From an uncultured delta proteobacterium (lineage in GTDB: Bacteria > Desulfobacterota > Binatia > HRBIN30 > BPIQ01): 64,000 bases of DNA. Made by a program: the position numbers and the translations under genes. The stretch covers positions 736,001 to 800,000 of the forward strand of contig CAVXGR010000012.1 in the NCBI GenBank assembly GCA_963761335.1, read 5' to 3'. Numbering within the stretch: the stretch's first letter is position 1; every line of letters starts with the position of its first letter. The notes beneath the pieces are model-generated. The model saw only the letters and a program-made list of their open reading frames with translations. It ran no database searches and was not told where the DNA came from. Positions 46,235 through 55,698 of the stretch are shown piece after piece.

Positions 46235-47173
46235 TCAGCCTCCGCGCCCTTGGAGCTCCCATGCGGGATCGACGATCGCGTCGCGGAGCTCCGACAGAAG
46301 CTGCCGGTTGTCGAGGTACCGCCACGGGTGGAAATCGCGCCGGTGGTAGGCGGCGACGGCGCGCCATCGACCGCGCAACATCCCGCCGCGCCCGAAGACG
46401 AAGCGGACGAGGGCCCCCCAGGCGCGGGGGTCGTGCGCCGCCCCGGCGCTGGCGAGGATCCGATAAGAAACCGACGGGAGAACCAGGGCAAGGAGGACGA
46501 GGGCGATCCACAGACCGGCGATGCGGACGGCGTAGGTGTAGAGCCCGTGACCGCGCACCGCGTGGAACACGTCGAAGAGCACCGCCTTGTGCTCCACCTC
46601 CTCGTAGCCGTGCCACTGGAACAAGCGGGCAATGCGAGGATCGACGCCCTCGAGCAGCTCCGGGCGCGAGAGGACGGCGTTGCCGATCTCGCCGAGGAAA
46701 TGCTCTCCTGCCATGGCGACCGCGCTCCTGAGATCGCTCGAGGTCCAGTCCACGATCGCCAGCCATCGCAGCGCGGAGTCCGCAAGGGGCTCGACCGGCA
46801 CGCCCCACCGAATCAGCAGCCGATTGAACGCCGCGTGCATGCAGGCGTGGGAGGACTCCTGACGAACGAAGGCATCGCCCTCGGCGCGGCGGGCCTCGTC
46901 GGCGACACGGGGCAACAGGCGGCGCGCGTCGTCGATGAAGAAGGCCTCCACCACCGGCGCCATCACCGAAAGCGCCTCGAGAAAGGCCGTCGGCCCAATG
47001 CCGCCCGGGTGCCAGGCGCGCGCTACCTCGCACTCGACCCCCTCGAAGTCGAAGCCGGGTCGCCGCGGCGTAACCGTGACGCCCTGCCGACACGTTGAGG
47101 TTGGATCCGACCCGCGATCGTTCATTTCATCGGCGTTGATGAGAATCCCCTGTACCGCGTCAGATGCGCTCAT
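46235..47173 (-). CDS. Predicted metal-dependent hydrolase
   Basis: E.FFI, F.RQESSH...H, EH, WHGYEEVEHKAVLFDV, FHPW. Confidence 0.85.
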   Translation of the reverse strand: MSASDAVQGILINADEMNDRGSDPTSTCRQGVTVTPRRPGFDFEGVECEVARAWHPGGIGPTAFLEALSVMAPVVEAFFIDDARRLLPRVADEARRAEGDAFVRQESSHACMHAAFNRLLIRWGVPVEPLADSALRWLAIVDWTSSDLRSAVAMAGEHFLGEIGNAVLSRPELLEGVDPRIARLFQWHGYEEVEHKAVLFDVFHAVRGHGLYTYAVRIAGLWIALVLLALVLPSVSYRILASAGAAHDPRAWGALVRFVFGRGGMLRGRWRAVAAYHRRDFHPWRYLDNRQLLSELRDAIVDPAWELQGRGG

Positions 47174-47309
47174 GGGAAGCAGAAAGGAAATTCAAACCGA
47201 TGCCGCTGGGTCGCCGCGTCGGCTCGGGTTTGACGTTTGCAGCCGGGATGCGGCACTAACGTCGCATGGGAACGGAGTCCGACCGGACAAGAGCCGGGCG
47301 GCGGGCGCA

Positions 47310-48098
47310 ATGAAGCTGCTGCTGGTGTCGGATTTGCACTATGCTCTCAAGCAGTTCGACTGGGTGTACAGTGTCGCCGACCGCTTCGACGCCGTGGTCA
47401 TCGCCGGTGATCATCTCGACATCTCCTCGGCCGTCGGCATCGACGTGCAGATCGTCGTCATCCTCAAGTATCTGCGCCGCCTGCAGGCGAAGACGCGCCT
47501 GCTGGTCAGCTCCGGCAACCATGACCTCAACGCGCGCGACGCCGGTGGCGAGCGCGTGGCGCGCTGGGTCTCGGACGCCCGCAAATTCGGCTTCGCGGTC
47601 GACGGCGGGCGCGTCGAGATCGACGAGACCGCAATCACCATCTGTCCGTGGTGGGACGGGCCGCGCGGCCGTGAGGCGGTGGCCGAGCAGCTGCAGCGCG
47701 ACGCAGCGCAGCGCCTGCGTCGCTGGATCTGGGTCTACCACGCGCCCCCGGACGAATCGCCGGTGAGCTGGACCGGCAGCAAGCACTACGGGGACGCCGA
47801 CCTGGGTCGCTGGATCCGCGCCTACCAACCCGACCTGGTGCTCACCGGTCACATCCACCAAGCGCCGTTTCGCGCCGGTGGCTCGTGGATCGATCGCATC
47901 GGTGACACTTGGATCGTCAACGCCGGCCGGCAGATGGCCCCCTACCCGACGTTCGTCGTCGTCGACAGCGCGGCGCAGCAAGCGACGTGGTTCTCGCTGG
48001 CGGGAAACGAGGTGGCGCAGCTCGACGGACCGCCGGTGCCGCCCGGAGTCGGGCTCACTCGACCGTGGGATCCGGATGCCGATCCGAGCCCGGTGTAG
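47310..48098 (+). CDS. Metallophosphoesterase
   Basis: SDLH, AGD, SGNHD, YHAPP, GHIH motifs. Confidence 0.9.
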   Translation: MKLLLVSDLHYALKQFDWVYSVADRFDAVVIAGDHLDISSAVGIDVQIVVILKYLRRLQAKTRLLVSSGNHDLNARDAGGERVARWVSDARKFGFAVDGGRVEIDETAITICPWWDGPRGREAVAEQLQRDAAQRLRRWIWVYHAPPDESPVSWTGSKHYGDADLGRWIRAYQPDLVLTGHIHQAPFRAGGSWIDRIGDTWIVNAGRQMAPYPTFVVVDSAAQQATWFSLAGNEVAQLDGPPVPPGVGLTRPWDPDADPSPV

Positions 48099-48543
48099 AC
48101 TCCTCGCCCTGGTGGTGCACCAGGGTCTCGAGCACCTCGTCGACCATCGACAGGTGGCTGTCCTGGCCTTCGAACTGGCGCTTGAGATCCACCAGGTAGG
48201 TGGTCACCGAGTGCAGTCGCTTGGCCAGCAGGCGGGCGAGGCCGAGTGCGATCGCGGGATCTGACTGCATGAAGGTCATGGGTTCGGCGACGACGTAGAG
48301 CGTCGCCTCGGTCAGGGCGCGCACGGTGGCCATGTGCGGCAGGTCGAGCAGCATCGACACCTCTCCGAAAAAAGCCCCCGGCGTGTCGACCACCGCGATC
48401 TGCAGATCGCCTTTGAGCACCTCGACCGTGCCGCTCGCCAGGACGCAGAGCACGCCGGCGCGCCGACCCTCATCGAGGATATTCTCGCCGGCGCGGAAGG
48501 TTCGCTGCGGCAGGCCGGCACAGGCATCGAGGACTTCGCTCAT
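48055..48543 (-). CDS. Stand-alone cyclic-nucleotide-binding protein
   Basis: GTVEV, FFGEVSMLL..PHMATVRA. Confidence 0.87.
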   Translation of the reverse strand: MSEVLDACAGLPQRTFRAGENILDEGRRAGVLCVLASGTVEVLKGDLQIAVVDTPGAFFGEVSMLLDLPHMATVRALTEATLYVVAEPMTFMQSDPAIALGLARLLAKRLHSVTTYLVDLKRQFEGQDSHLSMVDEVLETLVHHQGEESTPGSDRHPDPTVE

Positions 48544-48600
48544 GACCGCGACACACCTTGGAGCGACGCCCCGCGCTTGTCAAACCGCCGCCGGCTCTCG

Positions 48601-48835
48601 GTACTGCCCTATTTTGGGTAATGCACCTCATTGACAACGACTGCCCGTCGATTTTCACGCCGCTGCGGGCCCCGGTTCCCTCTCCCGCATTGTTTCGCGG
48701 GAGAGGGACAGGGTGAGGGTTCCGATCTTCTTGAACGCCGCAGAAATCGCGAATTTCAGTGAAGAGGCCCCTCACCTTGATCCTCTCCCCGCGAAAAGAA
48801 TGCGGGGAGAGGAGACCCTGGCGCGAGGCGGCGGG
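48601..48835. repeat. MITE-like element, copy 5
   Basis: Begins GTACTGCCCTATTTT; inverted match to 6765-6982; possible right end AAAATAGGGC near 48959-48968. Confidence 0.8.
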
Positions 48836-49363
48836 AGATGAACCCCGATCGGCGCATGGATCGCCACTGGTGGACGGAGCCTGAGATGCCTTCGCCATTC
48901 GTCGAACCCGCATTTCTTCGAGGCACCATTCGGACCCCAAAATGGCCCGTCTAAGCGTAAAATAGGGCCCGGATTTGAGGCGAAGTATCCGCGTGTCGAG
49001 TACTTGCAGAGGTCCGACCCCGGACCATCGGGCAATGGCAGAATGGCCCGCTGCAGCCGGTGAGACGGAAACAGAAAAGATGACCACCTACGGCGGCGCC
49101 TGGCTCGTATGGCCGCGGCGCACTGGTCTGCCGAGTGCGTCGCTACGACCGGAATCGATGCGTCATCAACACAGTCCGAAGGTGAAAAAGGCTCTGATTT
49201 CGGCCCCACTTGACAAGCGCCGCCATGGCAGAGGGTCAGGGTGAGGGTTCCGCCAGCCGGCGTCCACACTTTGCACCCCGATAGGGGAGCAAAGTCGGAC
49301 ACCGACTGACAGTTTTGCGCGGTCGACCTACCAAAGGCCGTGATCGTCGAGGAATCAGCCGGC

Positions 49364-52099
49364 TCAGTCGTTCTTGTCGAGAACGTCGATCACCAGCTCG
49401 GTACTATTGTTGCCGCCATCGAGCGGCGACACCTGGGGGCTCGTCGGACCCGTTGCTGTCAGCGTCACCGCGCAACGTTGCGGTGAGTTCTGATTGCTCG
49501 TGCTGATCTGACTGCCGTCGGCAGTGGCGGTGATTTTACAAGTTTTGCTCTTGCCGCCCTTCACCGCAACCGTGCTACTCGACGTCGTTGCATCGCAGAT
49601 CGGTGCTCCCAGACTGAGGCCGCTGCATGTGGTATTCGCACTGAGCGTGATCGGATCGCCGGGGGCTTCCGCCGTCGGCTTGTAGTCGGCGTTCCCTATG
49701 ACGGCGTTCAGCGTCTTCGTGGCGCTGCCCTTGCCCGACTCGATGTTGATGGTCGTCGGGTTGGCACTCTTGATCGTCGTCTCATGCGTCGTCGTCTGCT
49801 CCAAATCGTGACTGTCGACGACATTCAGCTCGATCACCGCGATGTTGTTGTCGGGCGTTGGGTCGTTGCTGCCGCCAGCGACAACTGCAGAAGCGGTGAG
49901 CACCAGCGTGCATCGGGCTGGTGCCTTGAAGTTGAAGCTGTCGAAATCGACACTGTTGATGATTAACGGCAGCTTCGCCTTCTTGGTCTCGCCGGCCGGC
50001 ACCAGAATGCTGGTATCGGCTGTCGGGGTCTTTGGATTGAAATCCGGGATGCCAGCCACGCCCATGGGACAGTTACTACCGTCGACCGACAGTGAAATCG
50101 TACGGTCGGCGGGGTCGGCGTTACGGACGGTAATGGTTAGTGTCTTGTCGACCGAAATCTTGCGAGGGGCGATTTTCACGTTCAACGGCCGGCCGGGCAG
50201 CACCACAGCGTCGACGCTCGGACAGCTGACCGGCTGGCAGCCACCCGCTTGACACGTATCGGCCGGGCATCCGTCGCCGTCATCGCACGCGGCACCGTTG
50301 GGCTTGTTCGGGTACGAACAAGTTCCGGTTCCCGGATCACAAACCCCTACGTGACATTGGTCGGCGACACATTTCGGTGAGCAGACCGATGGCGTTCCCG
50401 CACAGTTGAAGCAGATCTCGATTTGACAGGTAGCGCTGCACCCGTCGCCGCCGGTGGTGTCGCCGTCGTCGCAGTCTTCCCCTGCGGTTGGGATGCCGTT
50501 GCCGCAGGCGGTCACGGTGCAATTATTGTCGCATCCATCACCGTTGATGGTGTTGCCGTCGTCGCATGATTCGCCGGGTTCCACTGCACCGTTGCCACAG
50601 TCGGTTCCCAGGTACCGGGCCACCACAAAGTCTCGGTAGTATTTGTACCCCGCCAATACGATCCGGCCATCGCTCTGCAGCGCCACGGCGGTCCCAAACC
50701 AATCATCGTACGGCGACGAGGCTGGGGTGATCGCCCAGCCAGCGCTGCCGAATGTGACATCCACACTGCCGTCGCTGTTGTATCGCGCCAGCGCCATACC
50801 GCTGTGGGTGTCGCCCGCATTTCCCGCACCGATGATCTTCCCGTCGCCCTGCACCGCCACGGAAGCGAGATAGGAATAGGCGAGACCGGAATCGAAGGCG
50901 TTGAGTAACTTCCCACCGTTGCCGAATCCGGCATCCAAGGTCCCATCGTTGTCATACCGCGCCAGCAGCTGACCTCCGCCAACGACGATCTTGCCATCTA
51001 CCTGCAAGGCGATGGATCCGACGCCGGTATTGACGTGAACACCGGACACATCGGACGAGGTTATCACCGTGCCGCCGTCGCCGAACCCGCTGTCCAAGCT
51101 CCCGTCGCTGTTGTATCGCATCAGCGCCATATCGGAAGGCCAAGGATACGCAGATTGAGTGAATGCTTCTCCGCCGACAACGATCTTACCATCGACTTGC
51201 ACAACCACCGAAAAGCCTGTTCCATCAACACCTGAATCGGGTGCGGTCGCAACCCTGCCGCTTGCGCCAAAGGTGTTGTCCAGGCTGCCGTCGGTGTTGT
51301 AGCGCGCCACGTCGAATGTGTAGGTCACTGTGGCGTTGTTGTTCGTGGCGCAATATGAATAGCCGGCGAAGACGATCTTTCCATTCCCGTCCAGTGCGAC
51401 CGACCTGCCATAGTCATGGCTCGTTCCTGCACATGACGCGGTCGCCACAAAGGAGGTGATCGTCATACCACCACTGCCGAACCCCGAGTCCAAGCTGCCG
51501 TCGGGGTTGTAGCGCACCAGCGCAAACACGTTCCCGTTGGTTGAGTCATTATATGTGTCGCCCCCAACCACGATCTTTCCATCGTTTTGGACGACTACAG
51601 ATTGGGCATTGCTATACCGGACGGAGTTGACGAAGGCTGTGCGGACTTGCCCGTCGCTGCCGAATCCCAGGTCCGGGCTGCCGTCGGCATTGTAACGAGC
51701 CACAGCAAAATTGAACGGCGACATCGTACTTCCCGATGCGGCTGGATTTGCCTGGGCCGAAGTTCCTACGGCGACGATCTTCCCATCGCCCTGGATCGCC
51801 ACGGCGTGCGTTTCATCCACTTGGGAGACGCCAAGTGTCACAAAGTCGGTGGTGACCAGGCCGCCGCTGCCAAAGCTGGTGTCGAGTCCACCCGACGCCA
51901 AAACGGTTCCCGCAAACAGCGTGATTGCCAAACCAATGCAAATGGCCAAACATCGCTTCAGGCCATCGACCGGCATGAGCTGCCAAGTTCGCTCAATGCC
52001 CATGTCGCCCCCCTTAATTCCGGCTGTGGCGGATAGACCGCACAAAGGCGCCATTTGACGAAACACTTCAATAGCGATAACGTTTACAAGTTTGCTCAT
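49364..52099 (-). CDS. Secreted delta-60-type repeat beta-propeller protein with Cys-rich repeats and tandem C-terminal domain
   Basis: Repeats RYN.DGSLD..FG..G and Q.DGKIVV.G; CGNG..E.CDDG; alternative start at 52003; visibly lower GC than flanks. Confidence 0.87.
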   Translation of the reverse strand: MSKLVNVIAIEVFRQMAPLCGLSATAGIKGGDMGIERTWQLMPVDGLKRCLAICIGLAITLFAGTVLASGGLDTSFGSGGLVTTDFVTLGVSQVDETHAVAIQGDGKIVAVGTSAQANPAASGSTMSPFNFAVARYNADGSPDLGFGSDGQVRTAFVNSVRYSNAQSVVVQNDGKIVVGGDTYNDSTNGNVFALVRYNPDGSLDSGFGSGGMTITSFVATASCAGTSHDYGRSVALDGNGKIVFAGYSYCATNNNATVTYTFDVARYNTDGSLDNTFGASGRVATAPDSGVDGTGFSVVVQVDGKIVVGGEAFTQSAYPWPSDMALMRYNSDGSLDSGFGDGGTVITSSDVSGVHVNTGVGSIALQVDGKIVVGGGQLLARYDNDGTLDAGFGNGGKLLNAFDSGLAYSYLASVAVQGDGKIIGAGNAGDTHSGMALARYNSDGSVDVTFGSAGWAITPASSPYDDWFGTAVALQSDGRIVLAGYKYYRDFVVARYLGTDCGNGAVEPGESCDDGNTINGDGCDNNCTVTACGNGIPTAGEDCDDGDTTGGDGCSATCQIEICFNCAGTPSVCSPKCVADQCHVGVCDPGTGTCSYPNKPNGAACDDGDGCPADTCQAGGCQPVSCPSVDAVVLPGRPLNVKIAPRKISVDKTLTITVRNADPADRTISLSVDGSNCPMGVAGIPDFNPKTPTADTSILVPAGETKKAKLPLIINSVDFDSFNFKAPARCTLVLTASAVVAGGSNDPTPDNNIAVIELNVVDSHDLEQTTTHETTIKSANPTTINIESGKGSATKTLNAVIGNADYKPTAEAPGDPITLSANTTCSGLSLGAPICDATTSSSTVAVKGGKSKTCKITATADGSQISTSNQNSPQRCAVTLTATGPTSPQVSPLDGGNNSTELVIDVLDKND

Positions 52100-52311
52100 G
52101 GAGCTCCCTTTTCCTTAAGCGTTATGGAAGCACAGATAGGCCGAATGCCCTACTGAAGCCAACGAAAGTCTTGCGGACAGCCCGCACAAACGGGGTAAGT
52201 GACATAAAAGCCAAGGTCGTCAAATTGGGTTTTTGGGCGGCCTATCCACTAGCCGTCAGCCGTCTTCTCCTGGGACCCCGACTTCGCCGCTGTGGAAGTC
52301 TGCGTTACATC

Positions 52312-52361
52312 ACAATACATCTTTGAACTTTGCGCCTTTGTATTCTCCTTCGTTGCGGCGC
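52312..52361 (-). pseudogene. Remnant of the leader and first codons of the 53995-54474 gene
   Basis: Matches 54443-54498 with a 6-nt deletion and ATG changed to AGG. Confidence 0.75.
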
Positions 52362-52363
52362 CG

Positions 52364-52791
52364 GAACGCGGTGCCGTCGCCATTTCACGGCGAACCCGCG
52401 CTCCACGAATAGGTGTTGTTCACGTCGTGCACGTCGCCGTTGTCCGACTTCTTCTCCCACACCAACCCCGTGAGGTTGTCCGTTATGGTGCCGTCACCGT
52501 GGTCCACGAAGCGCGCAGCATCACACGTCGTTCCCGGCAGCTTCTGCTGCAGCTTGGTCCAAGCACCGGAGTACTTGATCCGGCACTTCGCCAGCTTCGC
52601 TTCGTCAAACGAGTAGCTTTTGTATACCTGGCGAGCCAGTTATGCACACACTTCTGGTACTTTCCCGCCTCCTTGGTGCGACCGGACGGGCACTTCTGCT
52701 CATCGGTCGGGGCTGCCGATGCCGCGGTGGTCGCCAGCACCACCATCGCCATGGCCAGCATCGCCGCTTTCAGCCCGCGGTTTGCCTTCAT
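52364..52791 (-). pseudogene. DUF1566-like gene pseudogene (N-terminal half)
   Basis: Signal peptide MKANRG.., frameshift near 52620, then RFVDHGDGTITDNLTGLVWEKK; TGG to TGA at 52385-52387; 52364-52534 duplicates 53388-53558. Confidence 0.85.
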
Positions 52792-53042
52792 TGACTCTTT
52801 TCCCTCTTCGTCTGCGGTAAGCGCCCCGGTGATTCTCTGATGCGTGAGCACCATGATGATTTCCCCTTTCGCCGGAAGTCGCCGGCGAATCGCCTGGGAC
52901 AGCGCCGCGCTCCGCCCGGAGAGCGCCGCTGGCTCATTTCTTGACTTGTGGGGCCCAAGCATTCCCACGGGGTGGGCTTACGCCCTCCCCGAAAGACAAA
53001 GAAAGAACACATGGTCCAAGTCACGAATGATCGAATAATCGA

Positions 53043-53648
53043 TCACAAGCCGCCACGTACTGCACGTACGTAGAATGGGAAGTTCTTGAAGTCGTAGCCC
53101 ACGGGCCCACCGCCGAAGAACACGAGCCACGCGGTGTTCGGGAAGCCGGCGAGGGTAGTAGCCGACCAGTAGCCGCCGGAGGACAGCGTGCAACTGCACG
53201 TTGTCACGCTACAACCACCAGTGCAGCCAGAATCGAAGGCCGAGTCGACACACGGATCCGTCGTGCAAGGGTACGGCTCAGGAAGCAGGATCGTCTGCAG
53301 CTCCGCAAACGTCGGCATCCGCCAATCGTTCGCACCGGCAAACCCCACCTCGTTCAGAGCCGTCGCCCCGACCGCCAGAAGACTCGTGAACGCGGTGCCG
53401 TCGCCATTCCACGGTGAACCCGTGCCCCACGAATAGGTGTTGTTCACGTCGTGCACGTCGCCGTTGTCGGACTTCTTCTCCCACACCAACCCCGTGAGGT
53501 TGTCCGTTATCGTCCCGTCACCGTTGTCCACGAAGCGCGCAGCGTCACACGTCGTTCCTCTCGTTGGTTGAATGTCTCCTCGTTCGCGACTGGCGCCGCC
53601 ACGCTTTCTGTCTGGCGCCAGCCCCCGCAACATCACGTCTCCGGCCAT
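53043..53648 (-). CDS. DUF1566 (Lcl C-terminal, CLec-fold) protein lacking the N-terminal part; candidate DGR target
   Basis: RFVDNGDGTITDNLTGLVWEKK, DWRMPT..EL, YWSATT..AW.V.F..G, YVRAVRGG. Confidence 0.85.
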   Translation of the reverse strand: MAGDVMLRGLAPDRKRGGASRERGDIQPTRGTTCDAARFVDNGDGTITDNLTGLVWEKKSDNGDVHDVNNTYSWGTGSPWNGDGTAFTSLLAVGATALNEVGFAGANDWRMPTFAELQTILLPEPYPCTTDPCVDSAFDSGCTGGCSVTTCSCTLSSGGYWSATTLAGFPNTAWLVFFGGGPVGYDFKNFPFYVRAVRGGL

Positions 53649-53994
53649 GATCCCTTCCTTTTGGGCCGCGAATGCCCGGCTCCACGCTCACCACACCCGC
53701 GGCCGTTTGCTGTCCCTTTCGTGTCCTCACCCTCTCTGGCGTTCCTCGAGACTGAACAATTGTTCCATCGCACCGAGAGGCGAGTTTCTCCCGCCGGGCA
53801 GGCACTCGCCGCATGCGAGGATGGCCCCAAGGCAATTCTGGACCTTTTCGCTTCAATTGCGCTGCCGACTGAAGGGCGTATATCGCGGCCTCTTTCAGGG
53901 CTATAGCCCGGCCGTCCCACGGACGGCCGGGCCGCTCGATCACAAGGTGCCGCCACGCGGCTCGCCTTGTTTGGACCGCGGAATCACGAGTGCT

Positions 53995-54474
53995 TCACTT
54001 CTTTTCGGCGCTCAGTTCGAGGGTGAAAGTCGCCGAAGTATTATCTTGCGACTGTGCGACAGCCGTCGCTGTCACGGGGCCGTCGAGCTTGGAGGTTGCG
54101 TCGAACCACCAGGTCCCTGAAATTGAGCATGCGCCATTGCAGAACGCCTCGGTCGCACCAGACGGATGAAATGAACTGCTGATATCAACCGCGCCCGCTG
54201 TAACAACCGGAGGCTGGATGTTTACCACTCCCATCGCGTACGATTGCAGGGTCGCGCGCACGACCAGGAGGCGACCCTTGGCCACCTTTTTCAGTGATGT
54301 CACCAGGACGATATCCTGCCCAGGCCCCGTGCTTCGAAGGTCTGCGGTGGCAATCGAGACCATTTTTCCTTCGCCGCTGTCACCGTCGGCAGCCAACACG
54401 GATCGGGCGCCCGAGAGCGCGAGTAGGCAGAGACCCGTCGTTACAATACATCTTTGAATCTGAACTTTGCGCAT
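53995..54474 (-). CDS. Small secreted hypothetical protein
   Basis: MRKVQ..signal peptide; GGAG RBS; beta-rich mature part; preceded by the same leader as the FGE-like genes. Confidence 0.7.
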   Translation of the reverse strand: MRKVQIQRCIVTTGLCLLALSGARSVLAADGDSGEGKMVSIATADLRSTGPGQDIVLVTSLKKVAKGRLLVVRATLQSYAMGVVNIQPPVVTAGAVDISSSFHPSGATEAFCNGACSISGTWWFDATSKLDGPVTATAVAQSQDNTSATFTLELSAEKK

Positions 54475-54489
54475 TCGTATTCTCCCTCG

Positions 54490-54674
54490 TTGCGGCGCTG
54501 CAGTTCCCGGACCCCCCGGTCCCCCCTCAGCGCTCCGTTTCTCCAGAGACCTCGACCTCGCGGCTTCCGCAGGCGGACGGGCACACAGACGCCCGCCCAC
54601 CTGCGGGACCCCTGACCTCCGTAGCCTCGGCCAGGGGAGCCAAAACGCAAACGGTGAAATGGCCAAAGTAATGA
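54490..54674 (-). repeat. Structured intergenic repeat, copy A
   Basis: Near-identical to 55511-55698; long hairpin at 54565-54608. Confidence 0.9.
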
Positions 54675-55487
54675 CTAGCGGGCGCAGCGGAAGCCGATGA
54701 GGCCGTTCGAGTCGGACGGCGGGCTGTTGGCGCCCACCTCGAGCGGACCGGCGCCGCCGAAGGAGAAGGCGGAGCCGCGCAGCAGCGCACCGGGCTCTCC
54801 CGTCGTCGCCGCTCCCGCCAGGCACTGATAGTCGCCCGTCGGGCTGACGCCGGCGCTCCATGTCCCGCACCCCGTCGAGCGCGGCACCCACTCCGCCACC
54901 CACTCGATTAGGTTGCCCACCATGTCGAAAACGCCGTCTGTCGACACGCAGCTGCTGCGCGATCCGGTGGGCTCCGCCACGAGGCTGCTGTTCGTGTTGC
55001 AGTCCGTCGTGCCGTTGTCCGGTCCCGGGTCCGGGCTGCCCGCCACTGCCGCCTGCCACTCCGCGTTCGACGGCAGCCGCTTGCCGGCGTTCTTGCACGC
55101 CTGCTGCGCCTGGAACCAGGTGATGTACGCCGACGGTGTCACCCCCTGCAGGCTCACCGCGTAGATGTCGTACGTGCAGCCCTGCCCGGCGTCGTCGCAC
55201 GGCGCATAGTCATCGCTCGCGATGCCGAGCTGCGTTGCGCCGCCGCCGCTCAGGTCCGTCGCCGTCGCCTTCCCCAGCTGGATCTTCTTCACCAGCTTCT
55301 TGTTTGCCCCCTGCGGATCGGGCACCCGCCACACCGTCGCCTCGTACTTGTCCATGCACACCGTCCCCGACACCCCCGCGTCGCTGCTGCACTTCACCAG
55401 CGGCGTCTTCGGAAACCCCGCCATTGCCGCGCCCGCCACGCCCATCACCAGGCCGGCCACTGCTAGAATCCCAATCATGCGCTTCAT
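54675..55487 (-). CDS. Secreted FGE/SUMF1-like CLec-fold protein, paralog 1; candidate DGR target
   Basis: CMDKYEA, ITWFQAQQAC..GKRLPSNAEW, FDMVGNL.EW, RG..GFRCAR. Confidence 0.9.
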   Translation of the reverse strand: MKRMIGILAVAGLVMGVAGAAMAGFPKTPLVKCSSDAGVSGTVCMDKYEATVWRVPDPQGANKKLVKKIQLGKATATDLSGGGATQLGIASDDYAPCDDAGQGCTYDIYAVSLQGVTPSAYITWFQAQQACKNAGKRLPSNAEWQAAVAGSPDPGPDNGTTDCNTNSSLVAEPTGSRSSCVSTDGVFDMVGNLIEWVAEWVPRSTGCGTWSAGVSPTGDYQCLAGAATTGEPGALLRGSAFSFGGAGPLEVGANSPPSDSNGLIGFRCAR

Positions 55488-55698
55488 TCTCGTCTACCTC
55501 TTTCGTCTGCTTGCGGCGCTGCAGATCCCGGACCCCCCGGTCCCCCCTCAGCGCTCCGTTTCCCCAGAGACCTCGACCTCGCGGCTCCCGCAGGCGGACG
55601 GGCACAAAGACGCCCGCCCACCCGCGGGACTCCTGACCTCCGTAGCCTCGGCCAGGGAGGCCGAAGCGCAAATGTCCGAATGGCCAAAGTAAAGGTGA
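55488..55698 (-). repeat. Structured intergenic repeat, copy B
   Basis: 19-bp hairpin at 55586-55629; leader half also repeated at 56515-56595. Confidence 0.9.

Noticed and set aside
53906..53932. Perfect 12-bp hairpin as a DGR homing signal
   Set aside because: It follows a gene with no variable-region signature; more simply a terminator or stability hairpin
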